Shown: piece after piece, positions 12,067 to 23,852 of the stretch
How positions within the stretch are numbered: the stretch's first letter is position 1
Layout of the letters: every line of letters begins with the position of its first letter
Source of the DNA: Albugo candida
Lineage: Eukaryota
Direction: 5' to 3'
Length of the DNA: 64,000 nt
NCBI GenBank assembly: GCA_040437565.1
Contig: JBDOQK010000077.1
Coordinates: 1 to 64,000, forward strand
Notes under the pieces: generated by a model
The model's database searches: none
What the model was told of the DNA's origin: nothing
What the model saw: only the letters and a program-made list of their open reading frames with translations
Position numbers and translations under genes: made by a program

Positions 12067-13263
12067 ATGCTAACGTGTCGAGCTTGTCAGCTGCTTTTTG
12101 ACGGCTTTGATGCTCAAAAAGAGCATTTTCGTGAAGATTGGCATCGGTACAATCTCAAGCGAAAGGTTGTTGGCTTATGTCCTGTCACAAAAACGCAATT
12201 TGACCATTTTATGCTGACAATTCAAAGAGAAAAACAGCTTAGAATCGCATTGGACCCGAAGCAAAAACAGCTCCAAAAACGAGCGGAAGAGCTTAAAACG
12301 GGAAAGAAAAAAGTTTGGAAGTGCACAACATGCACCAACAAAGTATTCTCATCGGAAAAAGCGTATCAAAATCATTTATTGAGCAAAAAACATATCGGAG
12401 GCACAAATGTGTCTTCAAATAATAAAGCAATTGTCAGCTTCCATTCAACGGAACCGGTCGAAGAGGAGTACGAAGATGTTGCTGAAACACTGGAAAAGCA
12501 AATGGAAGCGATCTCCATTTATGATTGTATATTTTGCAGCTTTCAGGGCGCGCAGTTGGACGCTAACCTCAAGCATATGCTCGAAGCGCATGGCTTTTTC
12601 ATTCCAGATCAAGAATGCGTGACTGATATGGAAGGTTTGGTGCGGTATTTGGCTCAAAAGGTCAAATGCGGGCACATTTGTCTCTACTGTAATGGTAGAA
12701 TCTTCCAGAATTTCCAAGACGTCCAGAAACATATGAGAGATGTATCGCATTGCAAGATTTGCTATGATGAATGCGATTTGGACGAGTATCTGGACTATTA
12801 CGATTACTCCAAAAACCATGACGATGACGAAGAGATTGAGTGGGAGACCGAAAGCGAGGTCAGTGATGAGGACGGTGTGCTTGCAACTGTCGAATATCAA
12901 GGCCGTAATAAGGTCTTGCAGATCTCCGAAACGGGTGAATTGATTCTTCTTGATGGACAACGAAGACTAGGACACCGTGAATTCCGACGCTACTACAAGC
13001 AAAAGTTTGGATCAAAGCATAATACACTTGCAGTATGCAACCCCATGTCCCTTGTAAAGCAAAGAAAAGTAAGATTTGCTGTATGGTTGTGTCTCGAGTC
13101 TTGTGATCATTTTGTGTGTTTGATGTAGAATATCTCGGATGGACAATCCATCGCGCAGCAAAGACGTCAAGTTTTCTTGGCTGACAAGCAAAAAGATAGG
13201 TTTCGATTTCGATCGCACAAAATGCAACGGAATCCAAATCGACGAGCAATGGTCACTGTTTAG
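12067..13263 (+). CDS. REI1: Pre-60S maturation zinc-finger protein REI1/ZNF622; intron 13069-13128
   Basis: CRAC...HFREDWHRYNLKRKV, HLLSKKH, CIFC...HMLEAHGFFIPD, CLYC...HMRDVSHC, LGHREFRRYYKQ; last exon ends ...RAMVTV* at 13263. Confidence 0.93.
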
Positions 13264-13270
13264 TGATACA

Positions 13271-14889
13271 TCACAGCTGTTTGCGCTTTTTAACGATCGG
13301 TAACGGCGTGTACGGAAGCCCGGAATCACGTAATCGACTGTTTGTGGGGCAAACTGTTGCTTGTGTCCTGTGGCTTTGGCGTCTGGTGGTCATCAGATCA
13401 TTTACAGCTCGAGTGGCTGGGCGTATCAAAGTGATGTCAGAGTGATAGTCGAACGGATTGAATTTCTTTGCTTGCATCTGATAAAAACATTTTGACAATG
13501 TATCGAAATCGGCTTCAGCTTTCTCACTTTCTGTTGACACACTTTCTTCTTCATTCTTGGATTGTGGTGGTAACAGGATCTCCTCAGCAGATACAACGCG
13601 AAAAAGGAGGAAAGTTGGCTTGTACGCTTGCTTTGTGTTAAATTCGGCACTTGGAACACAGAGATAGTATTCGGCTCCATCCTGAAGTATGGTCTCAGCA
13701 TCGGTGCTCAGAATATTGTGAATGGAAGGCCTACTTGACTGTAGCACTGGAGCATCATGGCACAATCGGCTTCCAAAAGATACTTGCCAAGAGCTCGGGC
13801 TTTGATTCCATTCGATTTACGTGCGGCATTGAACCACATCGACCCATCAATTCTATCAATTTGTTCGGTTTCCATCAAGGTTTTCGACGTATTTGCTGTA
13901 TCAATTGCAGTTGCTTGCAAAGGACATCCACAAATGACACTTGCTTGCACGGAAGAGAGCGGTACAACCGATTGAGCCTTCATTTCTCTCATTCCCGAAT
14001 GCAGTACGGTTGAGCCCGCAGTCCTTTGTAGGTGAGTGGAGTGGAGTTCCAGCCTAATCTCCATTGTATTGTCCTCGTCGGTTCCGCATAGACTCTCAAA
14101 TCCCGAAAGAACCGTCTGGATACGCGCTGCTGCCAAGTAAAGCCATTCTTTCTATCAAAAAAAGAGATTCTCAGCGATATTGAGGCTCTAAGTCTCCGAT
14201 CTGCGTGTAAGATACCACAATTTGACGCATACTGCGGGCATCCGTACTGTCCAAAGTCCGGACCGTGCAATTTGGATTGCTGCTCTCTTTCCGCGCACGA
14301 AACATTGACACTAAATACTGCGCTGCTGGCTCTGTGTCCTGATTTCGGAACAATACAAATTCAATGTGCATTGCTCTTAATACTAGACCTATTTCACGCT
14401 CATTTCCGTTCCAAAAGGCCAAATTGGAAGCGAATGCAAATGCAGACACTCGGAATTCCGACTTGTGTACTGATTGAAGGAGCGCGCAAAACGCCTGTGT
14501 AGCCACTTTGGCTGAAGATTCTTCCCAATACGCATATCTTTGCGATATGGCTTCAAATGTGTTTGTTGTTTGGGTTTTTAGTGTGTCCCACGCTATGTTA
14601 CCTATTGCAATTGAACGCTCCGCCTGACCGCCGCGCGCGAGGAATTCGTGTGCGTTGACAGTGCCTAAGAATGTCAGTGAATAAAGAAATGGCGGTGATT
14701 TATGAATGAGCTCGAATTGTTGCTGTTGCAATTGCAACGCAAATAGATATTCGGTTAGGAAAGGATGCAATTGCGAGCGCATTCTATGTATCAAGTCAGA
14801 TTCCAAAGTTGGGGGCGAAGAATATAGGCGTACTGCTTAAATTGAGTCAAAGTGGAAGGAAGCATCACAACGATTGCGTGCTTTGTCAT
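13271..14889 (-). CDS. M1AP: M1AP-like (meiosis 1 arrest protein; vWA plus Ku-like barrel) protein; introns 14784-14833, 14152-14215, 13682-13734
   Basis: Three GT-AG introns (50-64 nt) join the ORFs into one frame. Colinear resemblance to M1AP blocks recalled from memory: RSMRQIVKEWL, VQASVICGCPLQAT, KARALGKYLLEAD, YYLCVPS...LLFRVVSAEEILLP, KKFNPFDYHS. Confidence 0.6.
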
Positions 14890-15168
14890 CTTCAACGTAT
14901 GAAAGAGTAAGGGTGATTGAAACAGTGTCAGACCTGATGAATAAAATGATACCGGATAAATAATACGTTGTATTTATATTTCGCAATTTATGTATTATNN
15001 NNNNNNNNNNNNNNNNNNNNNNNNNNNNNNNNNNNNNNNNNNNNNNNNNNNNNNNNNNNNNNNNNNNNNNNNNNNNNNNNNNNNNNNNNNNNNNNNNNAT
15101 TTCGCAATTTATGTATTATAGGAAGGTTCGTTCCGTATTAAAATGTTCAAGGTGCGTACTTGACAAGA

Positions 15169-17199
15169 TTAAAGATCATAAGCCTTTTTGCCGAGTTCAA
15201 TCACTTCGTACGCTGTACTACACGCAAAATTCCATGTTGCTTTAGCACACTCCTGAGGATGATCACAAGCTATAATCATACTCAATTGAGAACTGACGAT
15301 ACAAGACATCAACGGGAATATGCAATACAATAATACTTGAACTGTTTTTTTCAGCTGAGGGCGAACTCGTTGCGGGAATGGATCCGTTGATTCGACATAA
15401 TCAATCTTCATACTCGTGATGTACTTTTTGATCCGAGAGCATACGTGTTGATTTCCGAAATGAATCAATAAAATCAGAGGCGAGCGTAAAAGCATATTGA
15501 GCCATACCATTCGCATATGATACATCACACCGACGAGGATGAATGGGAATAGATACTTGAGGGCGCTGAATTGTGTACAGACGAACAGGATGAAAACCAT
15601 ACAGAAAATGAGTCCAGTAATTTGAATTGTGTTCCACACATAACATTTCAATGTGCTAAATGGATTGAAAGACTGTGTCCAACCAAACACGCTATTGGAT
15701 TCTGATTTGCATGCCATATCGATTTGTACATAATGTAAGATTTTATCTGAGAAAACAAGGAAAATCGCCAGTAACACGATCATCACATCCATTTTAGTGA
15801 TCCAATTGGTTAAACGTCGAACGTGAACAATCAGCTCTTCCTTCTCCAATTGAACTTGCTCGTAAAATTTCCGTTCTCGCTCCGCTTTCAGCTGCTTCTG
15901 ATGTGTCTCCTGCTGCAGCTGTATTTTCTCCTGCAACAATTCTCTTCGCAATCGGAATTTAGTTCCCAACACTTCACGTCGCTGGACCTGTCGAAGCTCA
16001 TCACGCCTTCTCCGTCCCTCCATTTTTTTCAAATCATATTTCCGCCACTCCTCAAACATCGTTCGTAATGTGCTCACGAGAAGCAGCGTGTTGGACCTAT
16101 TGGCATGGATCTCCCCAGCTTTTAAAACAGCATCCGACTCCTTTGCACCTAACGCGATGAAATAATTCTTTAATGTGACAACTGTATCGTTTGAACTTGA
16201 TTCTTTGTGACAAAGTGCGGTACACAGTTGTTCGTACTTGATGTGTTGCATCAGTTCCTGTGCTTGAATCACTTCGTCCAAGTGCGTCAGCTGAAGATCT
16301 TCTGCTCGATCCACAAGATTTTGCAGCTTATGAGTTGTAAGTGTAACAATCGAATGACGTCGTCCATCCAGTGTTTGACCACACTGACCCTTTGCGTCAT
16401 CCATCTGATCTTTTTGGATAAGACCGTTCTTCTCAGTGTGTAATCTTTCCATCATGCGATTAAGACTACTGGTTAGCTGTTCTTGTTCCTTTAGCGTTTC
16501 ATACGATTTCGAGATGAATTTCAGATTCAAAATATCGGGTTTTGAATCACCAGAATTCCATTGAATGGATTGAAGCAAGTTTCGCCATGCTTTCTCATCT
16601 TGAAATTGAATCGTACCATTTCGTATTTGAGACTCGATTGTTTTGTTAATTTTGTGCATCATATCGTACAATTTCGTAGTTTCGTTATCTAAGCACTTTA
16701 ACATGTCGGTTACCGTTCGAATATGCTGCTTGATTTGCACATTTAACTGTTTCATGTCGATATCCGACAACGCGCTGCGAACTATAAATCCTTTGGTTCT
16801 TAACTCCAATAATTCTTGAACCAGTTCCGGCAATGTACGCTCGAGTTTCGACGACGTTTGTAGACTCATTGTATCAGCACAAAATACCAAAGCTGATGTC
16901 ATGCTGCAGATGTCTTGGCTTTCTCTAGTAAACTGAATATATCGCGAATGGATCCCAAGGATCGACTTTGTTCGGGGAGATGCGCGGAGTGCATGTTGGC
17001 AAGAATCCTTGCTATTGTCGTTGCTCTCAAAGCATTCTAGAATAAAATTCTGCTCAAATTTTTGATCCATGTGGCGTTGAACAAACTTGTAGACCGTAAT
17101 GCTGATAGCCAGTAGCGAGAAGAAGACAATCGCACTCAACAAAATGATTCGATGTTGCATCGCTTTATTAGGAATTTCAATAGCGACCTGCTGAGACAT
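15169..17199 (-). CDS. Unknown membrane protein, 676 aa: N-terminal TM, long coiled coil, about 5 C-terminal TM helices
   Basis: Long uninterrupted ORF; hydrophobic IILLSAIVFFSLLAISITVY; E/Q/K/R-rich helical middle; hydrophobic C-terminal third. No family recognised. Confidence 0.8.
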   Translation of the reverse strand: MSQQVAIEIPNKAMQHRIILLSAIVFFSLLAISITVYKFVQRHMDQKFEQNFILECFESNDNSKDSCQHALRASPRTKSILGIHSRYIQFTRESQDICSMTSALVFCADTMSLQTSSKLERTLPELVQELLELRTKGFIVRSALSDIDMKQLNVQIKQHIRTVTDMLKCLDNETTKLYDMMHKINKTIESQIRNGTIQFQDEKAWRNLLQSIQWNSGDSKPDILNLKFISKSYETLKEQEQLTSSLNRMMERLHTEKNGLIQKDQMDDAKGQCGQTLDGRRHSIVTLTTHKLQNLVDRAEDLQLTHLDEVIQAQELMQHIKYEQLCTALCHKESSSNDTVVTLKNYFIALGAKESDAVLKAGEIHANRSNTLLLVSTLRTMFEEWRKYDLKKMEGRRRRDELRQVQRREVLGTKFRLRRELLQEKIQLQQETHQKQLKAERERKFYEQVQLEKEELIVHVRRLTNWITKMDVMIVLLAIFLVFSDKILHYVQIDMACKSESNSVFGWTQSFNPFSTLKCYVWNTIQITGLIFCMVFILFVCTQFSALKYLFPFILVGVMYHMRMVWLNMLLRSPLILLIHFGNQHVCSRIKKYITSMKIDYVESTDPFPQRVRPQLKKTVQVLLYCIFPLMSCIVSSQLSMIIACDHPQECAKATWNFACSTAYEVIELGKKAYDL

Positions 17200-17642
17200 T
17201 TCTACCGAAAAGAATGTGAGCGTGGATTAAAGATATCATTAATCAATTCACAAACTCTGAAAAGAATAGTCTGCCACAGAGACTTGCAAATTCTCCAGCG
17301 GCTTACTTGTAGCATGGAAATAGGAGAAATCTTCCACGATTTCGGGCCCTTGTTGTGCAATAAAGACATTAGTAAAACAATCCTCTACTCAAGTAAATCT
17401 ACAGTTACACACCTATAATCTCCATTGCGTCTTCATGCGTCCGTATCCGTTGAACTGCTGCCAAAGAGAACACGGCCACGAAAAACCAGTTGCCACGCAT
17501 GCGAAGCAGAACCTAACGATCTTAATCGTTAATTCCGATAACCTAATGAAACCCTTAGGTTTACTTGGTCCAGCGGTCGGCCTCTATAAAAAACGCCTTC
17601 GTGACGCCTTTTATCTCTCATCACACCACAACTTGAGCCAAA

Positions 17643-20600
17643 ATGAGTGCAAACTCGACAAAAGAAGACACAACACACTCGAGTCAGACCGGTTCTTCAT
17701 CCATGCCATCGCAGCCAGTCAAACCAAAGACAGCCTTTCAGCTTTTCCAGAAAGCACGAATGCCACGTATCAAAGCCGAATTGGCTAGAGAGCGGAGCGA
17801 ACATGGAGAGGGAATCGAGCTTGGTGCGATCATGAAAGAAGTTAGTCGTCAATGGCAGCAAGCTGAAAAAGAAGAAAAACAAGAATTTATCGATGCAGCA
17901 GCGTGCGATAAAGAACGATACGAAAAAGACTGTTATGAACGAGATCAAGTGATTGAAGCTGATCGCAAGCGGAAACGCGATAATTTCTCCTCAAACACTA
18001 TAGTCGAAGGAAAACGCGAACGAAAACGTGTAAGTGCTCTTCATACTGACTCTGTTCCGTGCAAATACCATCTCATCCTTCTTGACAGCATCCAGCATTG
18101 GATCTCGATAGCGGGAAAACGAAATTACCAAAAGATTCGAATGACATCACACGAACATACGATAAAGTTCGCTCTCAATCGAGCCAAAAACTTCGTCAAG
18201 AGCGCGAAAAGTTCAAAGCGCAAGTGCAACATCAAAAAGACAATTTAGCAAAGAATCGCGCTGAAATCGCATCGGCACGACTGAAATATCTTCTCTCCCA
18301 AAGCGATTTATTCGCTCATTTTAGTAAACAGCTCATTTCGAAAGGGAAAAAGACAGAAGGAAACAAAAAGAAAGGTCAAAGCTTACAAGAAGTCGATGAT
18401 GAGAATCCCTTTCAGGAAAAAGAACACGTGGTTGTACACATCACTCAGCAGCCGTCCATAATCGCTTTTGGGACTATGCGCGCGTACCAATTGGAAGGAC
18501 TTAATTGGATGGTGAATCTTGCACATCAAGGGATCAATGGCATCTTGGCTGATGAGATGGGACTCGGAAAAACACTGCAGACTATCTCTGTGTTGGCGTA
18601 TTTTTACCAATTTGAAAACATTTCGGGTCCTCACATTGTTTTAGTACCAAAAAGCACGTTAAGCAATTGGATGATGGAATTCCATCGATGGTGTCCGAGT
18701 CTTCGTGTGGTCAAATTGCATGGGAACAAGCAGGAACGAAAAGATGTGATTCAAGATCAATTGTGTCCCGGATCTAGTGATGATACGAGGCCTTTTGACG
18801 TCTGTGTCACAACGTTTGAAATGTGTATGAAGGAGAGAACAGCACTTTGTAAATTTGCATGGCGATATCTGATCATTGATGAAGCACATCGGATTAAGAA
18901 TGAAGCGTCTCAATTCGCAAAAGTGGTCCGGCTGATGGATACAGAGTATCGTTTGCTTCTCACTGGCACACCGCTGCAGAATAATTTGCATGAGTTATGG
19001 GCACTGCTGAATTTCTTGCTGCCGGATGTGTTTGCATCTTCGGAAGAATTCGATGAATGGTTCAATTTGGATGTCGATGATGATGAAGCAAAGAAGCAAA
19101 TGATCGGTCAATTGCACAAAATACTTCGTCCTTTTATGCTTCGTCGACTCAAAGCCGATGTGGAGAAATCGCTTCCGCCAAAGAAAGAAACGCTCTTGTT
19201 TGTGGGTATGTCGCTCATGCAAAAGACATTGTACAAATCGCTACTTCTGCGAGATATGGACACGATCACGGGCAAAGTTGGTGCCGGAGTCTCTCGCAGT
19301 GCTCTTCAGAACATCGTCATGCAATTACGAAAATGCTGTGGACATCCCTACTTATTTGAAGGACAAGAAGATCGAACTTTGGATCCGTTGGGTGAGCACG
19401 TTGTCGAAAATTGCGGGAAAATGGTGCTGCTGGATAAGTTGCTTAAGAAACTGAAGCAGCGTGGCTCTCGTGTGTTGTTATTCACGCAAATGACTCGAGT
19501 TCTCGATATTTTCGAAGATTTCTGTCGAATGCGTCGATACGATTATTGCCGGATTGATGGACGCACGTCGTATGAGGACCGCGAGTCTGCAATTGAATCG
19601 TACAATGAAGCTGGATCGAGTAAATTTGTGTTTCTTCTGTCCACACGCGCTGGGGGTCTAGGAATCAATTTGTACACCGCCGATATTGTGATCTTGTACG
19701 ACTCGGATTGGAATCCTCAAGCGGATCTTCAGGCCCAAGATCGAGCGCATCGTATCGGCCAAAAAAAGGAAGTCAATGTCTATCGATTTGTGACGTCCGA
19801 TTCCGTGGAAGAAAAGATCATTGAGCGTGCCCAACAGAAGCTCAAATTGGATGCAATGGTCGTACAACAAGGTCGATTGCAGGATAAACAGTCCAAGTTG
19901 AGCAAAAGCGATATGCTGGAAATGATTCGCTTCGGAGCAGACCAAGTGTTTCGAACGACAGACTCTACAATCACGGATGAAGATATCGACGCGATTTTGG
20001 CCAAAGGCGAACAAAGAACAGAAGAAATGAAGCAGAAGCTGCAGACACACGATAAAGGCGATATGCTCGATTTCAAATTGGATGGTGGGAAGAGTATGCA
20101 GAGTCATGATGGTGTCGATTACTCTAAAGAAAAAGAGCGTCAAGAAGAACTGAAGCGGCTGGCGGAAGCTGAATTGGCACGTACGATGGCACAAAGCATC
20201 GGAAAACGTGAACGTCGTGCTGTATTGCGTCAATCTCAATTGATGGGCAATGGTCGAACTGATCATAAAGTGAAGCTGCTGCCGAAAGCATTACGACTTC
20301 CACGGATGGACGACTGGCAATTTTACAATCGAAAGCGTCTGACGGAATTGCATGAGATCCAAGTGTCCAATTATGAAGACGCCAAAATCGTTTCTGGAGA
20401 CAAACCGCCATTGCCACCACATGCAATGTATCTCTCACCCAAAGAACAGGAAGAAAAAGACCGATTGTTGTCTCAAGCGTTTGGCGATTGGAATAAACCC
20501 CAATTCTTTTTGTTTGTGAGGCTGTTGGCACGTTATGGACGAGGGAATTTGGAGACTGTTGCTCAGGAAATGGGACGGCCACTAGAAGAAATACAACGAT

Positions 20601-21799
20601 ATGTCGGTGTGTTTAATGCTCGAGGACCTCGAGAGCTCCACGATTGGGCTCGAATCATCAAATCCATCGAGAAAGGTGAGTCGAAATTGCTGGAAATTGA
20701 ACGATTGAGTGCTGCTGTGCGTGCGAAATTGGCTCGATACAACAATCCAATGGAAGAAATGACCATCAGTTACCAAGGAAAAATCGCCAAAGTATTTACC
20801 GAAGAGGAAGATCGAGCATTGCTTTGCTGTGTGGAACGTTACGGGTATGGCGCTTGGGAGAAAATACGTCGGCAAGTTGCATCGTTGGATCGATTCGCGT
20901 TTGATTATTACCTCCGATCACGCAACGCCACTGAAATTGGTCGACGATGTGATTCTCTGATGCGAAATTGTGAGAAAGAAAACGCCGATATGCGCGTTCG
21001 TGAAAGTAAAGATGTCGCCTTACGCGTGGAATTGGAAAAGGAACGCGTTGAATTGAATCGTCGATTGATTAAAGCAAAACATGATCTTCATCAGCGTCAA
21101 AAACGGGTCAAAGAATTGATTCTGAAGGAAGCCAAACGGATGAAAGCTCAACGTGCTGCAAAACGCGCCAAGAAACGAAAAGAACGTGATCAAGACCAAG
21201 AACAAGTGAATGCATTCACTGAACAATTGGTCACGTACCTTCAGAATGCCACTACCTGTGACGCTGCAAAACTTGCGATGGATTTCTGTGCGGATGTTTA
21301 TCGACAACACAATTTGGAGATTCCGGCTGCTCATGTGCTTCAGCGTATCCGACAGATCGCCAAGCCTCTGCCGGATGGAGATGGATACTGGGAAATCGAT
21401 CAAAATGCTGTCCGTTTGAATGTTAAAGACGTGGATTCCGAGTCGAATGATGCGATGGAAATCGATTCCAATTGCAAAGATTCGCCGCCAAGTCGAAAGC
21501 CGACGCGCGTTTCGGAGAAAAATCCGATTCTATTCAATGAATTCAATATCCGACTTCCACGAAGCGCTTACGTTCTCTTTGCTATCGATAAAATGGATCA
21601 AGTGAAAACATCGATGATTGCTGAAGGTGATCCTCCACGTCCATCGACTCATACTCCATCTCCGCTTCAGGTTTTGCATCAAGTTCAGCGGATTTGGTCG
21701 TCTTTATCGGAAGAGCAAGTGGCATTTTGGAAAGAACGCGAAATTGCAGATCGACAGCGATACGAAATGGAGATGAAAGACGTCACAAAGAGCGCTTGA
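17643..21799 (+). CDS. ISWI: ISWI-family chromatin remodeller with extra N- and C-terminal HMG boxes; intron 18030-18088; about 1365 aa
   Basis: GILADEMGLGKT, IIDEAHRIKN, TGTPLQNNLHELWALLNF, QAQDRAHRIGQ, HAND/SANT/SLIDE (FTEEEDRALL...LRSR..EIGRRC). A 59-nt GTAAGT...GACAG intron fuses the HMG ORF (17643) in frame. Confidence 0.95.
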
Positions 21800-21927
21800 A
21801 AGCCCGACTGTTGGTTTTAAATGTCGANNNNNNNNNNNNNNNNNNNNNNNNNNNNNNNNNNNNNNNNNNNNNNNNNNNNNNNNNNNNNNNNNNNNNNNNN
21901 NNNNNNNNNNNNNNNNNNNNNNNNNNN

Positions 21928-22219
21928 AATGAATTCAATATCCGACTTCCACGAAGCGCTTACGTTCTCTTTGCTATCGATAAAATGGATCAAGTGAAAA
22001 CATCGATGATTGCTGAAGGTGATCCTCCACGTCCATCGACTCATACTCCATCTCCGCTTCAGGTTTTGCATCAAGTTCAGCGGATTTGGTCGTCTTTATC
22101 GGAAGAGCAAGTGGCATTTTGGAAAGAACGCGAAATTGCAGATCGACAGCGATACGAAATGGAGATGAAAGACGTCACAAAGAGCGCTTGAAAGCCCGAC
22201 TGTTGGTTTTAAATGTCGA
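21928..22219. repeat. Copy of 21536-21827 across the 100-N gap (probable unmerged contig overlap)
   Basis: Same sequence at offset 392; the copies abut gap 21828-21927. Confidence 0.9.
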
Positions 22220-23647
22220 GACAGACGATATCGACACCGATGGCTTGCGCGTGCTGACGCTGACGCATGGACATCCGTTTGCACCCTGTGATACAAATTT
22301 GAAAATATGGACATTGGCTGAAGACAAGTCGATCCAAACGCTTGGCATATATCCGCGTGATCACATTCAACGTCGAGTCTGTTAATTGCGTACACCAATT
22401 CACATTCAGTTTCCTCAAATGTGTGAATTTCTCTTCTTCTTCTGCTTGCTCGAACGAATGGACAAACTTCATCACACTTTTATCGGTGATATCACACCAC
22501 GCGATATTCAGCGTCTTCAAATGTGTCAAAGCACAAAGCGCCAAGACGCCATGATCGGTGATCTGACTGCAATTCTCAAGACTCAAAACTTTCAATTTCC
22601 CGATCCATTTTCCTCGAACAAGTGTCTCCAGCGCGATATCCGTAATGGAATCACAATTATCGAGCACAAGTTCCTGCAAACAAGAGCAATGGCAAGTCAG
22701 TACACTCACACTCGCGTCTGTGAACTTATTGTGCGTGAGATTGAGATATTCAAGTCCACAAAGCGTTGTGAATGGAGAGAATGGTTGAGGAACGTCAAAA
22801 GCGCGATCGTCGAGCTCCATGAATGAGATTTCGAGTCTCAAAAGCGGCAGCGACGAATGGAGAAATGCATCGACAGCGGTGTTTCCAATTCGCTATAATG
22901 AGAGTAAACAAACAGCCAATTTCAACGGAATGCGTACCCGACAATACGAAACATTGAGATCAATCAAAGCGGAACACGTTTTCGCGATGAGAAATAATCC
23001 TTTTCCAGTGATTTGAGAGCATTTGGCGATACTGAGACGCTTCAAAGAGGTGCACGCGCGTAATGGACAAAATGGAGAATAGTCGGGCTGGAAGGCTTGA
23101 TCGGTGACGTGACGACATGCGTCGAGTTCGAGGACTTGGAGACGCGTACAGTGCTGCAGGACGCCACGTACGATGGGATTATTGACTTGAGACGAGTATG
23201 AAAAGTCCAAAATGCGCTGGAAACAGAGATGCTCAGTGAGAATGACGGTCAATATCGAGAAATACCGACAAGTTGAGGACAATAAAATGGAATTTGACGG
23301 AGAATGGACTTGCGGATGGAACAGCACATTCGCAGACGTAATTCAGTATGTGTGAATGTGTAGAAGAGGGTCAAGCGATCGTCTGTGAGCGCATTGCTTT
23401 TGATGATTTCGTGCAGTACTTTGGATACGATTTCTTTCGGTAAATTGCTTTTCAAAAGAGAATTAGAACGGGGTATTTACTTTTGTAGGATAAGGTACCG
23501 AAGGAGTGTGATCGATTGTGTACGCGAACACGACGAAGTAAAGTGATTCATTGCAATGTTTCTTGCAGTTAATGCGGTTAGCGACGGGATATTGGATTGT
23601 TTGGGGATGCAATAGCACCACTTGCTATAGACACAAGAGTGTAGCAT
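22209..23647 (-). CDS. Cysteine-containing LRR protein (AMN1/FBXL-like), multi-exon; start uncertain
   Basis: Repeats LQVLELDACRHVTD, LKRLSIAKCSQITG, LQELVLDNCDSITD, LKVLSLENCSQITD, LNVNWCTQLTD; N-terminal IPSLTALTARNIA and LPKEIVSKVL segments in upstream exons. Confidence 0.82.
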
Positions 23648-23852
23648 TCTCGAAACCACTCTTATTTGTCGTAAATGCACGCTTTCAAGCTATGCACCCA
23701 TCCGCCAGGCACTGGCCAAGCGCTCTTGAATACGTTAGTATACAGAGTATACATATACCGCTTAATACTAGTTATCTACCGGTATACCGTTATGAAACCG
23801 ATGTCGCGTCCTTTAAGATCTCTTCCGAGAAAGATCATCATTCATTGCGTTT

